Part shown: positions 38,398 through 49,598 of the stretch, in pieces
Layout of the letters: the number at the start of each line of letters is the position of its first letter
Numbering within the stretch: position 1 is the stretch's first letter
Assembly: GCA_030390025.1 (NCBI GenBank)
Contig: CM059433.1
Coordinates: forward strand, 22,198,001 to 22,262,000
Length of the DNA: 64,000 nucleotides
Source: Squalus acanthias
Lineage: Eukaryota
Direction: 5' to 3'
Position numbers and translations under genes: made by a program
Notes under the pieces: model-generated
What the model saw: only the letters and a program-made list of their open reading frames with translations
What the model was told of the DNA's origin: nothing
Databases searched by the model: none

Positions 38398-39168
38398 GGC
38401 CCAGAACTTGCTGGAGCAGGGCATCTTGCAACCTTCAGCTCAAACTTTTTTTGCGCCGTGTTTTGCTGGAAGTGCAAGCTGATAACAATGTGGCAACGGA
38501 CCTTAGTGAATGATGAGACAGTCTATCTCCTTAATCAATGAGCTTTAAGGATTGAGAAAGAAACAGAGGAACAATAGGAGAAGGCGGGCGAAAGAGAGGG
38601 AAAGAAAGATTGGATGAGAGAGAGAAAGGAAAAAAAGCAAACAGAAAGGAAAAGTAAGAAAAAGAATTTAAATTTGAATTTTAAAATCTCTAAGAATTTA
38701 CTATATGCAAGAATAGACTTAACAGTTTAAAATGTTCCCTTTCTGGGCCAGAGAGATTGATTGGCATTGCATTAATAATTATTACATTGTTAAATAGTAC
38801 TTATGCTCTTAATGTGGCTTGGTGTCAAATTTTTTGTCTTATAATACTCCTGTGCAGCGCCTTGGGACATTTTACTACATTAAAGGTGCTATACAAATAC
38901 AAGTTGTTGTTGTTGTTAATCAACAGCCTTAACTTTCTGCAGTGAGTTTAATATGCAGATCCAGAACGTTTTTAAAAATAACAGGGAGGCTAAGGATGAG
39001 ACACCGCTTGTGCGAAGCAAACAGCGGAGCAGTGTAAATTGACCAATAAGTTCTGGAGATTTGCAACTTTTGCCGCGTCTCTGAATCCCCTGAACTTGCT
39101 GGCTGATTTGTGCATTAATAATGGGTTGTGCCGTTAACGCCCCGTTATTTTTTGAGCAAAATTCGGCC
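38398..39168 (+). mobile_element. MITE family B, containing a ~100-bp L2 3' tail (38814-38914)
   Basis: Termini GGCCCAGAACTTGCT / AGCAAAATTCGGCC. The inserted piece ends GCTATACAAATACAAG(TTG)n, is flanked by TTAAT, and is absent from the homologue at ~6200. Confidence 0.7.
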
Positions 39169-40025
39169 AAATGTAATTGATAAGGCAGCTGAAAACGGCG
39201 CCTTTGCTCAGTCTTGCAAAAAAGTTAGGAAAAAGTGGTGAAATGTAGGTAGAGAGTGGTAACGGACTCTGTCAGACCGAATTACCCCTCAGTGCGTGCC
39301 AGGAAACCATCATAGGTAGGGAGGGCTGAGGTGCAAATTGGGGCGGGAAGCTGTTATTGCCGGGTTACTGCCCCTTTATCTGTGCCCATCAAGAATTCCG
39401 ATTGAAGATGGTGCAGCTGGAGAATGTGCCAGCCCACATATGGGCAGGCTTATTATGACATCATGCAACTGAGAGAAATGCATCGTACGAAGTATATGTT
39501 CCTAGCAAAGCCGAGCACAAAGATTGTTGTAGTGCGATCAATTGCATTCGGGAAACTGGCGTTTCACAAAACTGGCAACTTTTACATTTCTTTTAAACTC
39601 TTCAGTCCCGGCCCATTTACCCTGCAGTAAGATGCAGAGGATTCCCTCGCCAGCCATCCGAGGTGGGCGCCAAGTCAACACTGTAACTTGCAGTCTTTCA
39701 CCCCACCCAAAATAAATATTTAAACACCCCCGACTGGGGCTGAGGACACATGTGCATGCAAAGGGAAGATGCGAGCTCTAGATCCACCCACAGAATAGCT
39801 CCTGTGAAATTTAAGCTCGTTTATTTTAAGTGCTGGTAGGCTCATCCATTTCCCTTCCTAAAAAGATTAATGAATATTAGCAAAAAGTTAATAAGCCATC
39901 TTTTTTGTTACAGCCTTATTAAGGTCATTACTGTAAATGATGTGGAGATGCCGGCGTTGGACTGGGGTGGACAAAAATGAGAAGTCGCACAACACCAGGT
40001 TATAGTCCAACAGATTTATTTAATT

Positions 40026-40063
40026 TTACAAGCTTTCGGAGCTGTCGCTCCTTCGTCAGGTAA
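40026..40063 (-). ncRNA. Minimal hammerhead ribozyme motif
   Basis: Exact reverse complement of 41597-41634. Confidence 0.8.
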
Positions 40064-40319
40064 GTTAGCAATGAGAGAATCTCCCAGAATTCACAATTTA
40101 AACCCAGACAAAATCTATTCACATTATTCGCTACAACAAAGAGCACAGCCAAGACAATGAGATGTGTCCCAGGGGGTCCAACGTGTCAAACCACCTGCTG
40201 GCTGCATATCCTGTCAATTTGTGTTCTTGTGTTAGCCTTTTTAAAAAAAAAAACCAAAAAAAAAAAACCAAAAAAAAACACCTGGGAAGACCGGCCATGA
40301 TGTCAAGTCACGTTCTGTA

Positions 40320-41557
40320 TCATGACATGAACCCGATATCGCGATTGAGGCCATCCTCATGAGTGTGGAACTTGGCTATCAGTTTCTGCTCTATGATTTT
40401 GCGCTGTCGTGTATCTCGAAGGCCGCCTTGGAGAACGCTTACCCGCAGATCCGAGGCTGAATGCCCCTGGCTGCTGAAGTGTTCCCCGACTGGGAGGCAA
40501 CCCTCCTGCCTGGCGATTGTTGCGCGGTGTCCGTTCATACGTTGTCTCAGTGTTTGCATGGTCTCGCCGATGTACCATGCTCTGGAGCATCCTTTACTGC
40601 AACGTATCAGGTAGGCCGAGTCACATGAGTATGTACCGTGTACCTGGTGGGTAGTGTCCTCACGTGTAATGATGGTATCTGTGTCCATGATTTGGCATGT
40701 CTTGCAGAGGTTGCCGTGGCAGGGTTGTGTGGTGTCTTGGTTGCTGTTCTCCTGAAAGATGGGTAATCTGCTGCGAACGATGGTACTTTTGAGGTTAGGC
40801 GGCTGCTTGAAGGCGAGTAGTGGAGGCGTGGGGATGGCCTTAGCAAGGTGTTCGTCATCATCGATGACATGTTGAAGGCTGCGAAGAACATGGCGTAGTT
40901 TTTCCGCTCCGGGGAAGTACTGGACGACGTAGGGTACTCTGTTGGTTGTGTCCCGTGTTCGTCTTCTGTGGAGGTCTATGCGGTTTTTCGCTGTGGCCCG
41001 TCGGAACTGTCGATCGACGAGTCGAGCGTCATATCCCGTTCTTACGAGAGTGTCTTTCAGTGTCCGTAGGTGTCCATCGCATTCCTCCTCGTCTGAGCAG
41101 ATCCTGTGTATTCGCAGGGCTTGTCCATAGGGGATGGCTTCTTTAACGTGGTTAGGGTGGAAGCTGGAGAAGTGGAGCATCGTGAGGTTGTCCGTGGGCT
41201 TGTGGTAGAGTGAAGTGCTGAGGCGTCCGTCTTTGATGGAGATTCGTGTGTCCAAGAATAAAACCGATTCTGAGGAGTAGTCCATGGTGAGTTTGATGGT
41301 GGGATGGAACCTGTTGATGCTATCGTGTAGTCCTTTCAGTGATCCTTCGCCGTGGGTCCAAAGGAAGAAGATGTCGTCGATGTATCTGGTGTACAGCGTT
41401 GGTTGGAGGTCCTGTGCAGCGAAGAAGTCTTGCTCGAACTTGTGCATGAAGATGTTGGCGTATTGGGGTGCGAATTTGGTCCCCATGGCTGTTCCGTGTG
41501 TTTGGGTGAAAAAATGGTTGTCGAAGGTGAAGACATTGTGGTCAAGGATGAAGCGGA
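40320..41557 (-). CDS. Penelope reverse transcriptase (C-terminal part) plus GIY-YIG endonuclease, partial ORF
   Basis: GTAMGTKFAPQYANIFM, RYIDDIF, FLDTRI, YHKPTD, AYLIRC..WYIGET..RMNGHR, GLNRD; open for more than 400 codons up to the truncation point. Confidence 0.92.
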
Positions 41558-41596
41558 TTTAAATTGTGAATTCTGGGAGATTCTCTCATTGCTAAC

Positions 41597-41634
41597 TTAC
41601 CTGACGAAGGAGCGACAGCTCCGAAAGCTTGTAA
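41597..41634 (+). ncRNA. Minimal hammerhead ribozyme motif
   Basis: TTAC-CTGACGA-A-GGAGC(gaca)GCTCC-GAAA-GC-TT-GTAA: stem I TTAC/GTAA, perfect stem II. Confidence 0.82.
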
Positions 41635-42269
41635 AATTAAATAAATCTGTTGGACTATAACCTGGTGTTGTGCGACTTCTCATTACTGTAAATGTCAGTG
41701 AATATAAAGCCTGAAGTGACTGTTACTACATTTGTAAATGTTATCACAAATCTAACGAGGAGGGGGAAAAATAAAAACTAAGATATAATGACGAAAAGAT
41801 TTTAAAAAACAATTTTTTTCACCCTTTACAGTAAAAACAAGTTATTTTTAACCAGCATCAAGGCTTTTTTTTTGTCCTCTTGGTTAGGCCTGTCCAAAAC
41901 TGCAGGAAATTGATAAAGCACATTTCCAATTGAGACATGTGCATTTCCCAGACTGTTATGTGGTTTCCTGTGGTCAGATATCACCTAATATAGAAAAATA
42001 TTATCACCCCAGACTATGTAAAAACTAATTCATTTTCATCTCTACATACATCACAATGGAGAAGCAAGGGTGAGCTGTGTTGGTGAATCATTTATATATA
42101 ATTTTAAACATCTTTGTAGCTGTAAGAATGGTACAAGTCACCTGTCAAAAGGCACATAGCCCCTGTGTGAGACATGTGTGACAATCGTATAATACATGTA
42201 CCATTGTTAGCTTTGATGAGTACAATACATGCGCTATGACAGGGTCTATAATAGAGGTACTTACTGCTA

Positions 42270-43416
42270 TCTTCCTTGCTGCAATGCTCCATCTCACCCT
42301 CAGTAAGCTCCCCGCTGGAGTGGAGCTAATTTACAGAACTAACGGGAAACTGTTCAACCTCTGTTGCCTCCAGTCCAGATCCAAGGTCGTCCTATCCTCT
42401 GTCGTCGAATTACAGTATGTAGACGACGCTTGCGTCTGTGCTCACTCGGAGGTCAAACTCCAAACCATCGTCAACACCTTCACCGAAGCGTACGAGAGCA
42501 TGGGCCTTACACTAAACATCCGTAAGACAAAGGTCCTCGACGAACCTGCCCCCACCACACAGTACTGCCCCCTGATAATCAAAATCCACGACAAGGCCTT
42601 GGACAACGTGAACCACTTTCCATACCTCGGGAGCCTACTGTCAACAAGGGTAGACGTCAATGATAAAATCCAACACTGCCTTCAGTGTGCCAGTGCAGCC
42701 CTCGGTCGCCTGAGGAAGAGAGTGTTTGAAGACCAGGACCTCAAACCCGGCACTAAGCTCATGGTCTACAGAGCAGCAGTGATACCCGCCCTGCTGTATG
42801 CCTCAGAGACATGGACTATGTACAGCAGGCACTTCAAACAACTGGAGAGGTACCAGCAATGCTGCCTGCACAAGATCCTGCAAATCCATTGGCAGGATAG
42901 GCACACCAACGTCAGTGTTCTCGCTCAGGCCAGCATCGAAGCTTTGACCACGCTCGATCAGCTCTGATGGACTGGTCATATCGTCCGCATGCCCGATACG
43001 AGACTCCCAAAACAAGCGCTCTACTCGGAGCTCCGACACGGCAAGAGAGCCCCAGGTGGGCAGAGGAAACGCTTCAAGGACACCCTCAAAGCCTCCTTGA
43101 AAAAGTCTAACATCCCCACCGACACCTGGGAATCCCTGGCCCAAGACCGCACAAAGTGGAGGAGAAGCATACGGGAAGGCGCTGAACACCCCGAATCTCT
43201 TCGCCAGGAGCAAGCGGAAGCCAAGCGCAGGCAGCGCAAGGAGCGCACGTCAACCCAAGCACCCCACCCACCCACCCGCCCCTTCAACCACCGTCTGCCC
43301 CACCTCTGACAGAGACTGTAGGTCCCGCATTAGACTCATCAGTCACCTGAGAACTCATTTTTAGTGTGGAAGCAAGTCATCCTCGGTTCCGAGGGACTGC
43401 CGAAGAAGAGAAGTAG
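42270..43416 (+). mobile_element. RTE-clade LINE, 5'-truncated
   Basis: ELQYVDDAC, GLTLNIRKTKV, FPYLGS, LLYASETWT, RLPKQALYSEL, C-terminal Cys/His remnant, (GAA) tail; ACTTACTGCTA duplicated at 42259-42269 and 43417-43427. Confidence 0.95.
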
Positions 43417-44281
43417 ACTTACTGCTAAGCAATTTTTTTAAGAACTGACAAATATTAGTGAGTTCTTTAAAAAAGAAAATTGTAGTTTAGTTTTAGGAAA
43501 ATCTACTACCTTGGGAGAGAAATGTTCATTTTACACTTGGTTGTACAAATCTAAGTGCTGCAAACTCCTTGTTATATGGCATCACAAGTGCTTATGACTG
43601 AGTTGATAGCTCATTACATATTCAAACACATACAGTAGGTATGACTCATACAAGGTAAATCAGTGATAATTCTTGTTGGACAACGTGCATTTGATAAGAT
43701 GTATATGAAAAGGGGATTCATAGGTTTAATGCATTGCAGGCTTTTCAGTGCCAATAAATTTAGAAAAATCATTTATCACGAGCTACAGATGTGCAGTTTG
43801 TTTTAACGCTGTAAATGTCGAAGCTTGCCTTCTCCTTCTTTTATTGAATTACTAGTTACCACATCATTGAAATGAAACAGTAAATGCATTTTAATACAGA
43901 TTGCAATGAACACAGCTAATGAAAATGTTCTTAAAATAATGCATGGCACTGCCAACTGTGTTATGTACCATCTCACTCTGGAATATAGCTGGATATCGAA
44001 ACATTTGTAATGATATGAGATTACTGCTCCACTGTCCACACCAGATGTTATTAATTCAGCTTCAAATTTTATTAAAGACATAGAAGTGAGCCACTTTTGT
44101 TTATGGAGATGTGAGTGAGATGTAACGGTTATCTCAGTTATCCTAGTTCATCTTCCATAACATTGCTGATGCATTTACATGGATTTGGCTCTGCACACTG
44201 CTGATGCTGGTGGCCAGTGTTTACTGTATCATCATTGGAAGCTAATGTTTACTCCTGACTAATAGACTGATTTAACTTGTA

Positions 44282-47200
44282 GGGGGCGATTTTCATGAGT
44301 AGCGTAGATCGTGCAGGAGGCGAGCCTATTTCATTTTCAAGGCCGGGCCTAATTTGAGTGGAGTTGGCGAGCTTTCAGCACTATTCATGCTTCCTATAAG
44401 GAGCTCACCGATCGGGGGGTGGGCAGGAGCTTCAGTGGGGCGGCCGCTATTTTAAGGCAGCCTGCAACCCCTTAAAGGGGAGGAAGAAGAAGATGAGGGC
44501 CTAGGCCTCCACCTCTCTGAAGGGCCAGATGAAGAGGATGATGAGGAGGAAGAGGATGACCAAGGCCCTATTCTTCAGTCCTCCTCTGAGAACACACCAT
44601 CATCGAGAGCTCCAAGCCCCTCTGTCTTAATTTCTGTGTCCCTTGGCTCAGCTGTTCCAGGTACCAGTTCAGAGACTGGCACCGGTGGCCGGGGCAGGGG
44701 GTGGGTGGGAGAGGAGGGGAAAGGGATAGCTAGTTCGCCAAAGTCAGGAAAGCTCACCAGGTGAGACCTAAAGCGTGGGGGACCTGGAAGAGGTGGCAAG
44801 TGGGGGAGGATGTGGCCACTTCTTCATAGAGACTGAGTAGAAGGCGGCCAAGGACTTTAGAGTTCTGAGACCCAGACTTCGAGGGCACTCTTCACAAAAG
44901 ATGCATGTACCAGCTCTGATTTGCAGCAACATCATGGCGGCATTGTCTGCTCTGCAGGAACCGATAGAGCAAAAAGCAGCTGCATTCAAATCTGCAGTAG
45001 TATCCCCAGGTAAAAGGCAGGCAGCGATCAGTCGGGGCCTCCACCTTCATGGGAGCATGGTCTGAACCTGTGTGGCATTAGGGTACATATTAGAGGGATC
45101 TTTAATCGGGCCTTCCAGCTGTTGGCTAATTCAGTGATTCGGCTTCCAAGATTTGATGGCTGCCAGCACACCGGCCATCCAACTGATGACTGGGGCCACA
45201 AATCCAGGCCAAGTGGAAGGGCAGAGGTTGCAGTCCAAGTGCCTGATGCCATCTTTCAGGACAGCATCACATGCCAGGACTCTGGCTTTCCTCCTCAGAG
45301 CGTCATGCCAAGCTGCCCATGAGCTCCTTCCAGAAACACAGCCAACAGCGGCTCCATGGCAGGAGCCTGTTGCCGTGAGCTGGGGTCTATCTCAGTGCCA
45401 TGACTCTTCAGTCCAATATCAGTAGCCTACCACTTCCTACCTTCCTGATCATCAGGGCACTGATAAATGCAGTACTAGAATAGGTGATAGGCACCAGGGG
45501 GATGCACGGTGCTAGGCAACAGTAGAGTGGCTGTTTAGTTGTATCTGGCCATTAACCGTGCCAAGTTCAAAATGCACTTACTTTGCTTAGAGTTATTCAT
45601 GGAGACTGCGTTTTACATTGCCATAACTGTATGAGGGTTGACTGTGCACTTATTGTTTTTTTTAATAAGAAAGAGAAACATGGGCCAATTCACAGAATGG
45701 CAATTGAGTTGTGGTTAGGTCCTGACCGAGGATCTGTTCCACAGCGCCTAGAGCAGCAAATTGCAGCCATCCGACAAATGGACTGCAACCTCTGCCCTTC
45801 CACTTGGCCTGGATTTGTGGCCCCAGAGTTATTGATGTAGGCCTGTTTGTCCTTGGCCATTAATGTATTAAGGTTAAATAAGCACTTAATCTGTTCTATG
45901 GAGACTGGTTTGTATTTTGCCACTAATGTTTTCAGGTAGAATGGGCACTTATTTTGTGCTTTGTTATTCACAGAGGCCTGTTTGTGTTTTGTCATTTTTT
46001 TGTATTAAAAGTTGAATGTGCACTTTTTCTCTGGTTTGTTGACCAAGGAGATCACAGTCATATAGGAAAGGGTGCACTCAGGTGATGACATTTGACACAG
46101 TTCTGTCGTGGCAAAGAGGTGTTGTCATGTGCTTGGGTTCGGACAGTCTTTATTGGCATGTGGGCGAGAAGTTGAGCAAGCTGTGTTCTGTAGGTGAAGG
46201 CGATCAGATGCTGAACATCTCTGTAACGAGCTGCCCTCTGGCAGTCTTGACAGCTTCAGAGGATGACACATTCGAGTGGGCATCACTACATGGGCTCCAG
46301 GGCCCGCAGCTCAGGGTCTTCTGATGCAACGGCCTCCTCGCCAAGTATGTCCAGACTGAGCCCGTCCTGTAATTATAAAGTGTGCAGAAGGCCACAATTA
46401 TACTTGCCACCCTCTCTGGCATGTACAGCAAGACACCCCCTGATATGTCTAGGCACCTGAATCGACCTTTTAGAGTTCCTAGGGCCTTCTCTACCACCTG
46501 CCTGATTGCTGCATGTGCTTGGTTGTAACGCTCCTGTGCTTCATTGTGGGTCACAGGGAATGAGGTCACCTGCTGTGGCCTTGTCTCCCAGGATCCATCT
46601 GTCAATGTGGCTCACCTCCCTGAATAGCTGTGTAACGGCTGAATGTTGCAGGATGAATGAGTCGTGGCAGCTTCCTGCATACTGTGCATTGATATGCAGC
46701 ATCCATTGCTGGGTATCACAGACAACCTACATTCAGTGAGTGGAACTCCTTCCTGCTGATGTATGACACTGGGTTCCGCGTCAGCACTTCAGAGCTATGC
46801 GGCATCGGTCGATTGCCTCCTGCACCCAGTGCACTTGTAGTATTGAATGGCTGTGTCTCACTGCTCTCCATGGGTCATCTCACAGTTGATGAAGTTAGGT
46901 GCCCTTCAAAAAAGGGCATCTTTCATCTGGGGTGAATGCAGGCCCTTACAGCGCCCTGGTTGATATTACATAGATCCCCCATGGCTGGCTGGAAGGATCT
47001 GTAGCCATAAAAGTTCAGGGCCGTGGTGATCTTCACCTGTACAGATGACCCACTGCAGACAGTTGACTGTGGTTTGAGGTCTTCTTTGACCTTGGAGAAG
47101 TCTCCTGATCCACAGGTCTTGGCATGACATGCACTGCCCGTTGACTCCTCCATTATAATAGAGTACAGAAGTATGCCCATTGGATAGCCCATACTTTTTG

Positions 47201-48150
47201 CTCGGTTGTTCTGAACATGTGGAGGGATGTCTGGGTTCCAAAGTGTAGGCAGGGAGGGGGCCTGGTGAAGTTGGGGAGCATGTGTGGAGTGGAGTGAGAA
47301 ACAGATCCAGCAGGTGGCTCTCTCACGGTGACCGCACTGTAGTAATATATAGTGCAGGTCCACTCTGAGAGAAAGTCACTCTGAAAATCGCATGCAAACT
47401 GCATGTAAATCAGCAAAAACGTTTAGGGACTCTTCAGTGCTCAAACTCCCCAGATAAATCAAAATCAGCTGATGGGGCCAGGCTGTGCCTCTTATGTCTG
47501 GGCATAAATCTATGCCAGTGTATTAGTGGTGTAAAAGCAGGAAACTCACGCCAGCTGTGCCATTGGATGTGGGGGCGGAGCTATGGTAATGAGTGGTACA
47601 GGGTTTTTGATGGGCAGATGGCAGAAGCTGCCAAAGAGTGTGAGTGAACTTGCTTGTACCAATTAATCAGCACGAAAGTGGCGCAAATCACTTACACATG
47701 AGTTTCCTTGATAAAAATTGACACTATGCTACTTGTACATATTACCACTGAAAAATGCAAGGACATTTCAGACCAATGTAACATAAGCGAAATGACTTGC
47801 AAAACTTTCTAGCGTTTAACCTGAGATGTCCCTTTAAATATTATTGGAAGTGGCCACCTCCCGACTTTTAGCATGGTTTGTGGGCAGAATCAAGAATAAT
47901 GTTAACAATGCTGCCAGTGACAAAAATGGTTTTGGAGATCTTGTCAATGTCATTTGACCAGGATTTGCATATAATCATCATGTCCCCCCACCCCTCCCGC
48001 CTGTTTCCTGTGGGAGCTCTAACCGAAATTGGGATCTGCCCAAAAATTGCAACGGGTGGACACGACAGCACTGCTTCATTTGTGATTGTGTTCGCACTAC
48101 CACCCCACTTTATGCATAAATGGGGCCGCAGCAAAATGAAAATCTCCCCC
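44282..48150. mobile_element. Near-complete degenerate Harbinger element (~3.9 kb)
   Basis: TIRs GGGGGCGATTTTCAT / ATGAAAATCTCCCCC (14/15), TAG-like flanks; acidic Myb-gene remnant on + (~44480-45510), transposase on -. Confidence 0.8.
46204..47180 (-). pseudogene. Harbinger (HARBI1-like) transposase pseudogene
   Basis: VQVKITTALNFYGYRSFQPAMGDLCNINQ; GSCHDSFILQ; ERYNQAHAAIRQVVEKALGTLKGRFRCLDISGGVLLYMPERV. Confidence 0.9.
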
Positions 48151-48399
48151 TAGTGTTATTTAATAAAGCCTGGAGGCAGCAGCCTGGGGTCAAAGAGACT
48201 GAGCCATGGGTTCAGGTCTGAGGAGGCGTGGGACTGGGGACTGATGCATGAAGCAGCGCTAAAGAATACTGGATATGAAGTGCTGCCAAGAGCCAGCCCT
48301 GACGGAAAATCAAACATTTGCTAACATTGATAAAATGCTTAAAAAAGAAACAAAAGAAACAAAATTAAATGGAAAGGTAGAAGGGAGTGGATTTGGTGA

Positions 48400-48900
48400 A
48401 TCGATCTCGAGCAGAGTCTGGGAGTGGGTCTGCTGTGAAGCTGCAGAGTGTGTCTGAGGAGAGCTGAAGTGGAGTTGGGAGGGGGCCTGAAATGAAGCCA
48501 GGGAAGGGGGCCTGAAGTTAAGTTGGGGAGCGTGTGTGGAGTGGAGTGGGCAACAGGTCCAGCAGACAGCTCTCTCACGTCCCAGTTTATCATAGCGGAG
48601 CATTCCTGGAGCTGGGCCTGAGGTGGATATGGGGAACAGAACCTGAAAGGAAACTAGAGAGTGGATCCTTGCAGTACAGCCAATGAGCAGACCTGAAGTG
48701 GAAGAGTGAAGCAGACTTAAAGTGCAGCCATGGCAACATGCCTGATAACGCTGACATTGAGAGATGAGGGTTGACGTTGTTGTGTTGGATTTTCAGCCTA
48801 GCTGCTTATGCAAAGCTAGTCAACAGGGCAGTGAGATGAATAATTATTCAAATGAGCTGACCCCACAATTTTGCAGGGTCGGCTCATTTAAATAGTTATT
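48400..48900. repeat. Fragment of a related Harbinger copy
   Basis: 48502-48579 is a diverged direct repeat of 47252-47327. Confidence 0.55.
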
Positions 48901-48987
48901 CATGGCATGCGGCTGCATAGAAGGACAAATATTGCTTCATCCTTTATAAAATTTCAAAATGAATTTAAAATATTTGTTAGCCTTTCC

Positions 48988-49598
48988 CATGGAGTACAAA
49001 AGCAAGGAAGTTATGATGAACCTTTATAAAACATTGGTTCGGCCTCATCTGGAGTATTGTGTCCAATTCTGGTCACCGCACTTTAGGAAAGATGTGACGG
49101 CCTTAGAGAGGGAGCAGAAAAGATTTACGAGAATGGTTACAGGGATGAGGGCCTTCAGTTACGTGGATAGACTGGAGAAGCTGGGGTTGTTCTCCCTAGA
49201 GCAGAGAAGGTTGAAAGGAGATTTGGTAGAGGTGTTCAAAATCATGAGGGGTCTAGACAGTAGATAGAGAGAAACTCTTCCCATTGGCGGAAGGGTCAAG
49301 AACCAAAGGACACAGATTTAAGGTGATTGGCAAAAGAACCAAAAGTGACAGGATGAAAAACTTTTTTACACAGTGAGTGGTTATGATCTGGAATGCAATG
49401 CCTGAAAGGGTGGTGGAGGCAGATTCAATCATGGCTTTCAAAAGGGAATTGGATAAGTACCTGAAGGAAAAAAAAATGCAGGGCTATGGGGAAAGGGTGG
49501 GGGAGTGGGACTCGCTGAAGTGCTCTTGCAGAGAGCTGGCACAGGCTCGACGGGCTGAATGGCCTCTTTCTGTGCTGTAACCATTCTATGATTCTATG
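48988..49598 (+). mobile_element. CR1 LINE 3' end
   Basis: MEYKSKEVMMNLYKTLVRPHLEYCVQFWSP; (ATTCTATG)2 tail. Confidence 0.95.

Larger units (their letters stand above)
39940..41684 (-). mobile_element. Penelope-like retroelement, 5'-truncated, with inverted pLTR
   Basis: Identical 127-bp inverted repeats at 39976-40102 and 41558-41684; TCATTACTGTAAATG duplicated at 39925-39939 and 41680-41694. Confidence 0.95.

Noticed and set aside
38060..38482. 140-aa ORF and a possible minus-strand mini-exon (KHPKKTEKMARFDDEVGRL)
   Set aside because: No recognisable domain, the ORF runs into a MITE, and the acceptor lacks a polypyrimidine tract.
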